IMG/VR virus record: IMGVR_UViG_3300042197_000370
Origin: a virus
Length of the DNA stretch: 64,000 nucleotides
Direction: 5' to 3' (one strand)
Below, in pieces: positions 36,696 to 45,742 of this stretch; position 1 is the stretch's first letter; the number at the start of each line of letters is the position of its first letter. The notes beneath the pieces were generated by a model, which made no database searches, was not told the DNA's origin, and saw only the letters and a program-made list of their open reading frames with translations. The position numbers were made by a program, and so were the translations under genes.

Positions 36696-36810
36696 TTATC
36701 ATGATCCTTTTGGCTTCTTCGTATCTACCCATACGTGCTAATACTCCGGCGGCTCTTACTTTGCCTAACATATCACAATAGGATAAAAACCTATCTAATA
36801 TACTTTTCAT
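36688..36810 (-). CDS. Small protein (40 aa)
   Basis: Hand translation MKSILDRFLSYCDMLGKVRAAGVLARMGRYEEAKRIMINE; TAATG coupling. Confidence 0.65.
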   Translation of the reverse strand: MKSILDRFLSYCDMLGKVRAAGVLARMGRYEEAKRIMINE

Positions 36811-36995
36811 TATATGATCCTTTCATTTGTTAATCGTTGATTATATTCAAAAGTCAAACGTTCTACATCACCTGAGTTTTGTGGATTTTTGCTTAGAATA
36901 TATTTTTCTAAGTCGCTACCATAATGAACAGGTTTGACTATATATCCAATTATGATTGCACTAAAAAATGCAATAACTGATAACAAGATACCCAT
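36810..36995 (-). CDS. Small membrane protein, DUF3563-like
   Basis: TM helix plus LEKYILSKNPQNSGDVERL. Confidence 0.6.
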   Translation of the reverse strand: MGILLSVIAFFSAIIIGYIVKPVHYGSDLEKYILSKNPQNSGDVERLTFEYNQRLTNERII

Positions 36996-36996
36996 G

Positions 36997-37248
36997 TTAT
37001 TTCCCCTTAACTGAGGACCTCACATAGTTAGTCATGTAGTCAAAGAAATCTTTACTAGAAACAATCATGCCTATTGACGTAGACGCCATAATGCCTGCAT
37101 CAATTGCTTTTTTGGTATAATCTGCCTGCGAGTCAACGAATGAATTTAATGCATTGCGAATACCTTCATGCGGTACTGCAAGATTGACGAATTGCTTTTT
37201 GCTTGTTTGAACCGCGTCTACGGCGGCGTGTGCGAATGTACTAAACAT
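36997..37248 (-). CDS. Phasin-like helical protein
   Basis: VDAVQTSKKQFV...FVDSQADYTK amphipathic pattern; AAGGAG SD; late promoter at 37294-37300. Confidence 0.5.
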   Translation of the reverse strand: MFSTFAHAAVDAVQTSKKQFVNLAVPHEGIRNALNSFVDSQADYTKKAIDAGIMASTSIGMIVSSKDFFDYMTNYVRSSVKGK

Positions 37249-37322
37249 AATTTTCTCCTTGTGTATGTGTGTACGTAGATTACTCTACAAATATATTTAT
37301 GCCTGTTGTAATGCAAACAACG

Positions 37323-37349
37323 AAAAAGTGGGGAATTACCCCCACTTTT
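37323..37349 (-). terminator. Intrinsic terminator AAAAGTGGGG/CCCCACTTTTT
   Basis: 10-bp stem with a TAA stop in the loop and a U-tract on -. Confidence 0.85.
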
Positions 37350-37590
37350 CTGTGTATTTCCTTAGTGCTAGTTGTCTTGAAAGCCAAAGCCTAAATTTAA
37401 CATAGTCACTAAGTTCATACTCATCCTCTTTAGGTCTTATTCTCCATGATTGATTGAGTGTAGTAGGTAGTATTGCATCGTCATCTACTTCATACCATCT
37501 GGGATCATTGGTTAAATATCGACTTAAACGAATTGGATTACTTCTTAGCAGCCTTATCTTCGGCTTTAGCAGCAGGCTTCGCCGCTTCAC
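37336..37590 (-). CDS. Hypothetical protein with uncertain start
   Basis: Protein-like C-terminus (ELSDYVKFRLWLSRQLALRKYTEKWG) ending in a terminator; the only start is a GTG inside the upstream gene. Confidence 0.5.
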   Translation of the reverse strand: MKRRSLLLKPKIRLLRSNPIRLSRYLTNDPRWYEVDDDAILPTTLNQSWRIRPKEDEYELSDYVKFRLWLSRQLALRKYTEKWG

Positions 37591-37753
37591 TTTTTGCAGG
37601 CTCTGCTTTTTTATCAGCAGGTTTGGCTGCGGGTGCAGCAGGTGCAGCGGCTGCTGGTTTGGCTTCAGCCTTCTTTTCCTCTTTCTTAGCAGGTTCTGCG
37701 GCGAAAGCGGTTACTGCGAAAAGTCCAGAGATCAATGTTGCGATAAGTTTCAT
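37538..37753 (-). CDS. Secreted Ala/Lys/Pro-rich small protein (Asr-like composition)
   Basis: Signal peptide ...AVTAFA, then AEPAKK/PAAAAP repeats; AAGGA SD. Confidence 0.8.
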   Translation of the reverse strand: MKLIATLISGLFAVTAFAAEPAKKEEKKAEAKPAAAAPAAPAAKPADKKAEPAKSEAAKPAAKAEDKAAKK

Positions 37754-37808
37754 TTAAGTTTCCTTTTTAAAAGTACACAGAACGAAATTGTTGCTGTGTA
37801 TATATAAT

Positions 37809-37832
37809 AACGCATGAGGCTCACAATGCGTT
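37809..37832. repeat. Inverted repeat AACGCAT-N10-ATGCGTT (hairpin or operator)
   Basis: 7-bp arms in an intergenic region. Confidence 0.55.
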
Positions 37833-37842
37833 GACAACTATT

Positions 37843-38007
37843 TTAGCCGCCTCGCCCACTTCTACGAACTACACTAGCACCACCAAAGCCTTTTGTATTT
37901 GGTTTAGGTCCTTTGGTTTGTTTGTTGTTATTGAATGGGTTAGCATTCTTTTTTGCTGTATTAGCCATATTAATAAATGGATTTTTACTTTTCTTTTCTT
38001 CAGTCAT
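37843..38007 (-). CDS. Small basic protein (54 aa)
   Basis: Hand translation MTEEKKSKNPFINMANTAKKNANPF...VVRRSGRGG; ATGA-type coupling. Confidence 0.7.
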   Translation of the reverse strand: MTEEKKSKNPFINMANTAKKNANPFNNNKQTKGPKPNTKGFGGASVVRRSGRGG

Positions 38008-38408
38008 TTTTTCACCTTTATTGAATTTAAGTATTCTTGTAGACTTCCGTATAGGTTCATCAACATAGAAATTTTGCTATCATATAATCTGATATAAAAT
38101 GTTTTTGACTTGTCCTTTTTATTTACGCCAAGGTAATAAGGACAACTAATTTTTTTGTTTAGTTCAAGTACAAAGTTGTGATAACTTTGTCCTTCTTGTT
38201 TGAATTCATGGTCATAGAATTCAATATCTGCCAATTGAAATGCGGAGACGCCTTCGTCTGTTAAACGAAGGCCGTCTTGTCTGCCTGTGAACCACCATTT
38301 AAATATTACATCGTCAATGGGTAGTTCGTGGTAAATTCTATGTGACTTAGGAATCTCAGCCAGTATTGCTTCGGTAATTTTTTGTTTTACTGTTTTACGA
38401 ACGGTCAT
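38004..38408 (-). CDS. Conserved phage hypothetical protein
   Basis: GLRLTDEG...CPYY motif. Confidence 0.75.
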   Translation of the reverse strand: MTVRKTVKQKITEAILAEIPKSHRIYHELPIDDVIFKWWFTGRQDGLRLTDEGVSAFQLADIEFYDHEFKQEGQSYHNFVLELNKKISCPYYLGVNKKDKSKTFYIRLYDSKISMLMNLYGSLQEYLNSIKVKK

Positions 38409-38694
38409 CGGGGTATACAGTTCTACCCGAGTTCATAAAGACAACCGTAAACTTGTCTGTTTTGAATTGTGCATTAAGTTTACGGCAAAGATTTCTTGCA
38501 TGACCCGGATTGCTGAAACTGGTCTTTTTATATTTTGGTGCCGCTTCGTTGGCTAGATAATGCTGGCTCTTTAGGTTAATAGGCTGGTCATCATAGAACA
38601 CGGCCCAAATGCCACTAGCCTCTACGATCTGGTCGCATTTGTATGTGGCTTTATCCACATGTTCTAAAATAATTTTTGGTTGTGTTCTACTCAC
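38395..38694 (-). CDS. Conserved phage hypothetical protein
   Basis: WAVFY...PINLK...KYKKTSFSNPGHA. Confidence 0.8.
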   Translation of the reverse strand: MSRTQPKIILEHVDKATYKCDQIVEASGIWAVFYDDQPINLKSQHYLANEAAPKYKKTSFSNPGHARNLCRKLNAQFKTDKFTVVFMNSGRTVYPDDRS

Positions 38695-38888
38695 TTAAAT
38701 GATCCGCCTTTAATTTGAATATCTATAACTGGTTCAGGTTTAGATTTTTCCTTTTCATACAAATCAGACAGTAATTTAGCAATGTCATCACGTAGACCTC
38801 TTGCTTCATCTATTGGAATAACAATGTCTTTGGTCTTTTTACTCTCCGCTACTGACATTTTATCCAAGAAACGTCTTACATGTATCAT
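38691..38888 (-). CDS. Hypothetical protein
   Basis: ATAAATA (38893-38899) 4 nt before the AUG; ends IKGGSF. Confidence 0.75.
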   Translation of the reverse strand: MIHVRRFLDKMSVAESKKTKDIVIPIDEARGLRDDIAKLLSDLYEKEKSKPEPVIDIQIKGGSFK

Positions 38889-39346
38889 AAGATATTTATC
38901 TGATTTTTTGCTTCATCCTCAGTTTTATAAGGTCCTCTATACGGGTAACGCTGGATAAAGATGTATTTTGGACAAAAACTGACTTGTTCCGTACCATTTT
39001 GGTTCAAAATGTACCATCCGGCTGCATGATAACATTTACTCTTTTTAGACTTGGTAAATAGATGCAGTTTTCGCTTAATGTCGAAAATGCTATTATATGT
39101 CTTTGAAGTAGTAGGAAACTCTGGGTAAGGCAATTCAGCCTTAGTCTTATTAGACTTCATGGGCTGAAAACGTATGTTTACCCTACGCTGAATATCCTGA
39201 GTATTGTTAAAATGTGTCAAGTTTCCGTTAAGTTTAACTTCGTATCCTGACCCATCTGCAATAACATTTCCTACTTTTCTGTCTCCGTCTGTTACGACCC
39301 AATATTGATTCTTAATGATTGGTTTAGCAATTAATGTAGTTGACAT
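38885..39346 (-). CDS. Conserved phage hypothetical protein
   Basis: LIAKPIIKNQYW...FCPKYIFIQRYPY.GP. Confidence 0.8.
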   Translation of the reverse strand: MSTTLIAKPIIKNQYWVVTDGDRKVGNVIADGSGYEVKLNGNLTHFNNTQDIQRRVNIRFQPMKSNKTKAELPYPEFPTTSKTYNSIFDIKRKLHLFTKSKKSKCYHAAGWYILNQNGTEQVSFCPKYIFIQRYPYRGPYKTEDEAKNQINIL

Positions 39347-39360
39347 TTGCCCTCCGTTGT

Positions 39361-39822
39361 TTATTTAGTGTCATTTTCTTTGGTAAGTTCGGCTACCAAC
39401 AGAAAATGGTCAAATGCTTTTTTGACTGCTGGATTGGTCATAAGTTTTTCAGCCTCTTGCGTCAAAGCCCTGACCGCAGCCTCAGCCGCATCCCTAGAAG
39501 CCGGACGAATAAGTGGATAATCATCCTGCTTGAAACTCTCAGCAAGTTCACGCCACAGTTTTTGTTGATGCTCTGTGATAGGTTGTTTTTGCGGTTTAAG
39601 GTCTAGTGCCTTTCTAATAGCATCAGACACCGCATCCTCGGCTACCCGACCAGCGGCAATCATGGCCGCATAGTTAGGGTCAATGTTATAGTGAGTAGAC
39701 TTGCCACCGGGATAACTCATAACAAGATGAGTACCCTTTGTAAAGGAATCTAGGAAGTCGCTGTCATATTCACTGACAGGCTTGTACCGTCGTCCTACTT
39801 TTTCATAATAAATCTTTTTCAT
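39361..39822 (-). CDS. Hypothetical protein
   Basis: ORF track. Confidence 0.75.
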   Translation of the reverse strand: MKKIYYEKVGRRYKPVSEYDSDFLDSFTKGTHLVMSYPGGKSTHYNIDPNYAAMIAAGRVAEDAVSDAIRKALDLKPQKQPITEHQQKLWRELAESFKQDDYPLIRPASRDAAEAAVRALTQEAEKLMTNPAVKKAFDHFLLVAELTKENDTK

Positions 39823-40100
39823 TTCTTTAACAGTTTGAACAAATCGTGTTTATGTTTTGGTGACCAGTATTTTCCTTCTTTACCGCAATCCCCAGAATAT
39901 CCTCGTTCCGAATAGCAATTCTTATAATCTGCCGGCACCGTGGTACCGCCGGTCACTGGATTAAAGTCTACTACACTTTTCTTACCTGTTCTCTTGCACT
40001 TATACCATTGCTGTCCGGGAGTTAACAGTTTGCTAGGATAATCATACCAAGGAATGAATGCATGGGTGCAATCCTTACATAACAGATTGTTATCATTCAT
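39819..40100 (-). CDS. Cys-rich hypothetical protein (CKDCTH...C...C...C)
   Basis: ATG 40100. Confidence 0.7.
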   Translation of the reverse strand: MNDNNLLCKDCTHAFIPWYDYPSKLLTPGQQWYKCKRTGKKSVVDFNPVTGGTTVPADYKNCYSERGYSGDCGKEGKYWSPKHKHDLFKLLKK

Positions 40101-40321
40101 TCTTGAAATGCCTCCCAAAACAATTCATTATCCTTGACATTTGCTATGGGTTTGAGCCAACCTCTATCAATACAATCTAGTAAAATTGATTTATATTCCC
40201 TAGGACATTTATCACTAATTTCAAACCCTGCTCTAGGTGCCATAACTAATCCATCGATAATATGAAACTTTGGGTCACCTGATTTAATGGTTCGAATAGA
40301 TGTTTGGGTAACCTTAAACAT
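40097..40321 (-). CDS. Hypothetical protein
   Basis: ORF track; coupled overlaps. Confidence 0.7.
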   Translation of the reverse strand: MFKVTQTSIRTIKSGDPKFHIIDGLVMAPRAGFEISDKCPREYKSILLDCIDRGWLKPIANVKDNELFWEAFQE

Positions 40322-41318
40322 GTGCTAACTCACCTATATAAGGATTGTTCAACCACTTAGCATAACTATCAGCCTGATCGCTAATCTTCTGCAATTCGTA
40401 CTTACCACAAAACTTCATGAAGTGAACACCAACTTGCGGCGTAGTAGTTGTACGCACCCCGTTACGAATAGCATCATCTACCTTAACTTTAACGTCATCG
40501 GGTTGAGCAGTCAAGTCAATCAATGTACGGTTGCGCTCATAATCATCACGAACACGGCGCTCAACACCGTCATGATCAACCCAACGTTGCAACATCATGT
40601 TGTTCCAGTTAAAGCCTTGCTTAGTACGGTCAGCAAAGGCTTCGACAAGACCAACCTTGTTCTTGCTACCTTTCTCACGCACACCCGGGTAAGCACTGAA
40701 CACATTGTCAGTTGCATCACCACGCATACATTTTTTGAATAGCAAGTACTGTGGGTCCTCAAGTAGTTTATGTTCCTTAGTCTTTTTGTCAACTACAGGC
40801 TTACCGTTATCTTTGAAATATCCCTGTAGTGTAATGAGTTCGTTGGAGACTCCGTTATACTGGAACACATTTTCAGCAATAAGCTGAACGTAATCAGTAT
40901 CAGAACTAATAATGTAATGCGTGTCATTTGGATGTAGATGTATAAAACGTGCAATTAAATCGTCTGCCTCAGCGTTGGGTTCACGTAATACAGACACATT
41001 AGTTTTCTCACGCAAAAATGTTATAAACATTTCATACGTTTCCCAAAACATTTTGTTTTCTTCGATCTCTGCCTCAGTCATAGCAGATTCATCAAGTTTG
41101 CGATTAGCCTTGTACGGCTTATAGAAATCTTTACGCCAACTGCGACCCTCAAGACAGAACACAACGTGATCAATCTTATGGTTACGCACAATCTGATTGA
41201 CACTGGCAAGTGTCAGATGCAATGCCATACCAATCTTTTCCCATGTATCACTATTGCGACTGGCAACGTGACGGGCACGGAAGAAAGTATTAGCAGTATC
41301 GATAAGTGCGTAATTCAT
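40314..41318 (-). CDS. rnh: T4-type RNase H / 5'-3' exonuclease (FEN family)
   Basis: IDTAN, WRKDFY..YKANR, EADD, SSDTD, GDATDN; promoter TTGATT-17-TATAAT (41352-41380). Confidence 0.92.
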   Translation of the reverse strand: MNYALIDTANTFFRARHVASRNSDTWEKIGMALHLTLASVNQIVRNHKIDHVVFCLEGRSWRKDFYKPYKANRKLDESAMTEAEIEENKMFWETYEMFITFLREKTNVSVLREPNAEADDLIARFIHLHPNDTHYIISSDTDYVQLIAENVFQYNGVSNELITLQGYFKDNGKPVVDKKTKEHKLLEDPQYLLFKKCMRGDATDNVFSAYPGVREKGSKNKVGLVEAFADRTKQGFNWNNMMLQRWVDHDGVERRVRDDYERNRTLIDLTAQPDDVKVKVDDAIRNGVRTTTTPQVGVHFMKFCGKYELQKISDQADSYAKWLNNPYIGELAHV

Positions 41319-41406
41319 GTAAACTCGCTGGTAAGTTGATAATATACGTATATTATATGCAAAATAGTATTTTAAATCAACACATTTTGGGTAAATTTTT
41401 ACCCAT

Positions 41407-42612
41407 TTATCTGATTCTATAGATGAGGTGCATGTTCCTTTGCTCCCTCAACAGGTTATAATTATGGTCTACTATAGGTTGCAGTTTGGCTTGCCAATCT
41501 AAAAACTCACTATCCGTTTTGGAACATAGTCGTTCCAGTTCATTACATATGGCTTGAAGTCGTTCTTCATCATTTTCTATGTCATCGTAACTTTCATTAA
41601 TGTATGGATGAAACGTCTTATACCCGGCACGTTGTAATACTTTTAGTGATCCGGTGTAGCCTGCTAATATGAATGGCAACTTAGTAGCAATAAATTTATA
41701 AATCTTTTCTGTGAAAAAGTAACAGTCTAGTGACACACCACTTAATGATGGATTTGTAAGATATATGTTACCGGGGTCTTTGTCATGGAAGAATTTACTT
41801 TCAGTTACAATACCAAAATAACTGTCCTCATAAAAATGTGTGCTATCTACTTTGTTCATTGTAGATATGACTTCATTGTAGTTTAGATTTTCTAAATCTA
41901 AATTTAATGGGAACAGTTGCCAATTATCTTCTAATATCTTTTGTGTCTCTAAGTATGTATTTGGTAGATAGTGGTGTAGTCCTTTGATAACTGAATCAGT
42001 GTCAAAATCTAAATTTACTGTTTTGCTGTTCAGATAACAAGACACATATCCTTTATCTAGTAGTCCTCTTTTTATAATTTGTGCTACGATATGTAATCGT
42101 TCCCATTTAGTGTGCCTATTAAGTGATAAAAACTTTTTGCTTTTTACCTTAGGTTCGTTGTTTATAGTTCCCGAATTAGGATTCCAATGTATATAATTAT
42201 TTGCAGAGGTAACTTCTAAGTTGTTTTTAAATAGGCAGTTTATTTCTACCCAATTAAATCTATTACAATGATATTTGTAAAACGTTACATTTGCAGGATC
42301 TGGTGCACAGCCTAAAGCCAAATAAAGATTTCCAGGATGATATTTGGTATTATCTATTTCAGTTAATTCCGAAATGATTTTATTACATACATCAATTTGA
42401 TGATACGTTACACCTTCGCTCGTTATGTCAAAACAAACTTTGTTTTTGTTTTTATTAACACAATGCGAATGTATGTGTTTAGCAATCTCTATTGCATTGT
42501 CTTTATCAATGGTTGTAAATTTGTTTGTGTTTACAACAGTAATATCAAGACCCAAAGACTTATATAAATCGCTATTAGGATTTTCATCTAATGGGGGTAA
42601 CGGTATATCCAT
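41407..42612 (-). CDS. Putative glycosyltransferase-like protein (paralogue of 15996-16988)
   Basis: KFLSLNR...IVTES...FTEKIYK...PFILAG..GSL..L...GYKTFHPYINESYD. Confidence 0.55.
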   Translation of the reverse strand: MDIPLPPLDENPNSDLYKSLGLDITVVNTNKFTTIDKDNAIEIAKHIHSHCVNKNKNKVCFDITSEGVTYHQIDVCNKIISELTEIDNTKYHPGNLYLALGCAPDPANVTFYKYHCNRFNWVEINCLFKNNLEVTSANNYIHWNPNSGTINNEPKVKSKKFLSLNRHTKWERLHIVAQIIKRGLLDKGYVSCYLNSKTVNLDFDTDSVIKGLHHYLPNTYLETQKILEDNWQLFPLNLDLENLNYNEVISTMNKVDSTHFYEDSYFGIVTESKFFHDKDPGNIYLTNPSLSGVSLDCYFFTEKIYKFIATKLPFILAGYTGSLKVLQRAGYKTFHPYINESYDDIENDEERLQAICNELERLCSKTDSEFLDWQAKLQPIVDHNYNLLREQRNMHLIYRIR

Positions 42613-43052
42613 TAACTAACCTCTGATCTACCGTTACCAATGTCTTTGCTTTGAATTACCCGAACATCATTGCGTTTGCTGGGGTCAGCATCCTCTTGTT
42701 CATAGACTTCTAATGCAACATTGCGACAAACAGTTTGAAACCAACGGTCTACGATTTCAGCATCAGTGTCAGTTGACTTGATTTTATATCCTGCCTTAGT
42801 AAGATTGATTACAAATTTATCGTTCCAATCTAGTTCGAATGCACCGCTGTTAATATTATTTGGATCAATATCAACCTTTAATATAGCGATATACGGTTCA
42901 TTGTTAGCAGTAGCCTGTTCCTTGCTAGATAATACTACTTCCTTTTTCTTGCGTGGTTGTTTAGGTTTCTTTTCAACCTTAGGTTTTTCTGCCGGCTTAG
43001 CAAAAGCAGGATCATTTTCTCCACTCAACCATTTCTTTAATTTATCAAACAT
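42612..43052 (-). CDS. Conserved T4-like hypothetical protein
   Basis: ELDWNDKF...IVDRWFQTVCRN. Confidence 0.8.
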   Translation of the reverse strand: MFDKLKKWLSGENDPAFAKPAEKPKVEKKPKQPRKKKEVVLSSKEQATANNEPYIAILKVDIDPNNINSGAFELDWNDKFVINLTKAGYKIKSTDTDAEIVDRWFQTVCRNVALEVYEQEDADPSKRNDVRVIQSKDIGNGRSEVS

Positions 43053-43061
43053 ATTTTATCC

Positions 43062-44087
43062 TCATGACTTGTATCTATCATACAATGCAAAACTGGCTAG
43101 ATTTTTAGCCTTACTCTCGCACATTATATCAGCCCATGCATTGTGTGTCAATGCCCAATCATTACATGCATTGTTCCAATAGTAGTCACTATGGGCACGT
43201 AGTTTCTGTTTATTATGACCACTCTCCATCAACGGAACAAGAGAGGGGCGTTCGTGTCGGGAATGGCTTGTAAGTACATCTTCCCTAGATACGGAGTAGT
43301 GTATAGCAGGACGCACACCGCGCCAACTATCAATAACCTTTTTAACACGGTCGTCATTTGCTTCAATGTATTCTCCAGTTTTAATCCAATTGTGATGAAT
43401 GTCGAGTACGATAGGAACAAGATCAGCCAACTCTAGGCACGAATCGAGACCCCAACTGATTTCTTCGTTTTCGATTGTGAGTCCATTTCTTGCTTCGGGG
43501 CTGAGTCTGTTGTAGGCCCGCCTGATGCCTTCGGGACCGGCTCGACCCGAGATGTGGACATTGATTTTAATGTCCTGAAACGATTTACCATATCCCATGA
43601 AACGGGCCATATCTGCATGGTACTCAAACTCCTCTATACTCTTATTTACTACCTCAGGACGATCACTTGCAAGTACCACAAACTGATCGGGGTGAAACGA
43701 AACACGAACATCATTAGCACGTGCAGTCTCACCTATAGGAGCCATCCAACGTTCAAGTGAGTTTTGAACATCGGTGCTATGCCAAAAGTCTTTGTACTCG
43801 TCCATAGTATAGAACGAAAACATGTCGCTAGTAAGACGCAACATACGTAGCCCGCGAGGCAACTCTGCGACTTTCTTAACAAGTGCATGAGTATTAAGAA
43901 TGTTACGTTTTGCTACATCAATAAGTTTGTCCTCGACAATTTGCCGTGACTTTTGACGTTTGGCCCATGCGTGAGTAGTGCCACCTGTATTGAGGCCCTC
44001 AGTGCTGGTAATCTCGCCCTTCTTATTGATTTCTGCCCATTTGCAAGCGAAACCAATGCGTTGTATAGACATGTCGAAAGTGTGCAT
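43062..44087 (-). CDS. uvsE: UV-damage endonuclease
   Basis: RIGFAC, LRLTSD, SFHPDQF, TIENEE, LDIHH, HYS, AHSD, CESKAK. Confidence 0.93.
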   Translation of the reverse strand: MHTFDMSIQRIGFACKWAEINKKGEITSTEGLNTGGTTHAWAKRQKSRQIVEDKLIDVAKRNILNTHALVKKVAELPRGLRMLRLTSDMFSFYTMDEYKDFWHSTDVQNSLERWMAPIGETARANDVRVSFHPDQFVVLASDRPEVVNKSIEEFEYHADMARFMGYGKSFQDIKINVHISGRAGPEGIRRAYNRLSPEARNGLTIENEEISWGLDSCLELADLVPIVLDIHHNWIKTGEYIEANDDRVKKVIDSWRGVRPAIHYSVSREDVLTSHSRHERPSLVPLMESGHNKQKLRAHSDYYWNNACNDWALTHNAWADIMCESKAKNLASFALYDRYKS

Positions 44088-44102
44088 AGTAAACCAAAGT
44101 TG

Positions 44103-44147
44103 ATAAATATATAATCAAGTGTACAATATATATGTAGTTATTGTCAA
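44103..44147. promoter_or_regulatory. Overlapping divergent promoters: late ATAAATA (+, 44103-44109) and TTGACA-18-TACACT (-) for uvsE
   Basis: Motif match only. Confidence 0.5.
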
Positions 44148-44167
44148 CCTATTTGGAACCCAAAGTC

Positions 44168-45742
44168 ATGAATATAATAGAATTAATGGAAGGCGTTGAG
44201 CCAAAATTACCCGGTGCACCCAAAGGCATCAAAATTATGACCCCGCAACAGTTTGTGGCTGATGCAGGGGATGAGGAAGTGGATGAGGACCTAAGCCGTA
44301 GGGGATTTTTAGGGGCATTGGGTAAAGCAGGATTAGCAGCCGCAGGTGCTGGTCTAGCAGGTAAAGCACAGGCAAGAGTGTCCCCTGGACAAGATGATCG
44401 AGGTTTTGGTAATAACCAAACAAATACTAGTAAAGATTTGGGTGACGGTTTTGAATTAGCAACGGTAGATATTGCAGGGTTCACAGTAAAGGCAGTGTTG
44501 GATACACAAACTAATACGTATTATACATTGAATCGAAAGCCAACTACCGGAGGTGCTATTTTTAGTTCACCTGCAAAATATGTTTTTGTAAGAGACGGCA
44601 AAGTAAACACATCAATGAGTATAGGTCCTGCTACAAAACAAGCAATGCAAAAGGCAGGGCTTATTCAAGGTGTAGATGAGGCAACTAAACTTGCAGCACC
44701 TACTAGACCAATTGGCGATCCAGAGTTAACAGACTATTTGGATCGTATCCGTAATAGAGAAAAGAATAAGACAGACAAATATAAACTTCCATATATTCAT
44801 CGTAGTAGTGTAGTAAGTTACTATAATGAAGAAGGTAAAAAATACAATACTGACGCTATTAAAAAAGCACTAGCAGAAAGACCAAAAGCACTTCTTAAAA
44901 AGAATGAGAAGATGAAGCATAGTGACGGTGAAGAAGAACAATTTTTCAACGTTGGCTTTGCCGCATTAGTTGGTATAGCATTAGATGAGAATACAAACGA
45001 ATTGATTATTGTTAATACTTGCCCAGGTGCAGGTAGTTGTAAAGTAGATTGCTTTGCTATGAAGGGCGGTAAGGTACAGTTCCAAGGTCCATGGTTAAGT
45101 GATGGTAGAATTCTTACATATCTACTCAACGATCCAAATGGATTTTTTGAGCAATTAAAAGCAGAGATTAGTAAAGAAGTTTCTAAGAGCAAGGGCAAAT
45201 ATAAAGTAAGCATTCGCTGGCATGATGCTGGCGACTTCTTTAGCCCAGAGTATGCAAGTATGGCATTTAAGTTAGCAGACTCATTACCAAACGTTGACTT
45301 CTATGCATATACCAAAGTTGCTGACGTAGCATTGGGTAATAAGCCAAAGAACTTTATGATTAACTGGAGTGAAGGAGCAAGTAGTTCACAAGAGAAAAAA
45401 GTAAAGGGTGCTGATAGTGACTTATCAAAGACAAAGAACAGTAGAATTGTTCCTAGCGAATTGTTCTATGATTTGTTAGTAAAGGACGAAAAGAAGAACT
45501 TAGTTAAGGGTGCGGAAGGCCAATGGCAAGTAATACCTGACAAGTTACCTGAACTAAAACAAAGACTAGCCAAAGAATATGGATTAAGCGGTAATAGCAT
45601 ATTAAGTTATGATGAGTGGGAAAGTAAAGTAAAGGGCAAAGATAAGTCACCATTGAAGTACAATGTTATCATTGCTCCCGGTGAACCTGACTTAACTGCT
45701 AAAGACGCAGGCGTATTGAGTACGTTATTGTTGAAACACTAA
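44168..45742 (+). CDS. Modular protein: leader, internal Tat-signal module and Gp88-like (radical-SAM-like Cys) domain
   Basis: MNIIELME; SRRGFL...AQA; CPGAGSCKVDC; RWHDAGDF; FYAYTK. Confidence 0.75.
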   Translation: MNIIELMEGVEPKLPGAPKGIKIMTPQQFVADAGDEEVDEDLSRRGFLGALGKAGLAAAGAGLAGKAQARVSPGQDDRGFGNNQTNTSKDLGDGFELATVDIAGFTVKAVLDTQTNTYYTLNRKPTTGGAIFSSPAKYVFVRDGKVNTSMSIGPATKQAMQKAGLIQGVDEATKLAAPTRPIGDPELTDYLDRIRNREKNKTDKYKLPYIHRSSVVSYYNEEGKKYNTDAIKKALAERPKALLKKNEKMKHSDGEEEQFFNVGFAALVGIALDENTNELIIVNTCPGAGSCKVDCFAMKGGKVQFQGPWLSDGRILTYLLNDPNGFFEQLKAEISKEVSKSKGKYKVSIRWHDAGDFFSPEYASMAFKLADSLPNVDFYAYTKVADVALGNKPKNFMINWSEGASSSQEKKVKGADSDLSKTKNSRIVPSELFYDLLVKDEKKNLVKGAEGQWQVIPDKLPELKQRLAKEYGLSGNSILSYDEWESKVKGKDKSPLKYNVIIAPGEPDLTAKDAGVLSTLLLKH

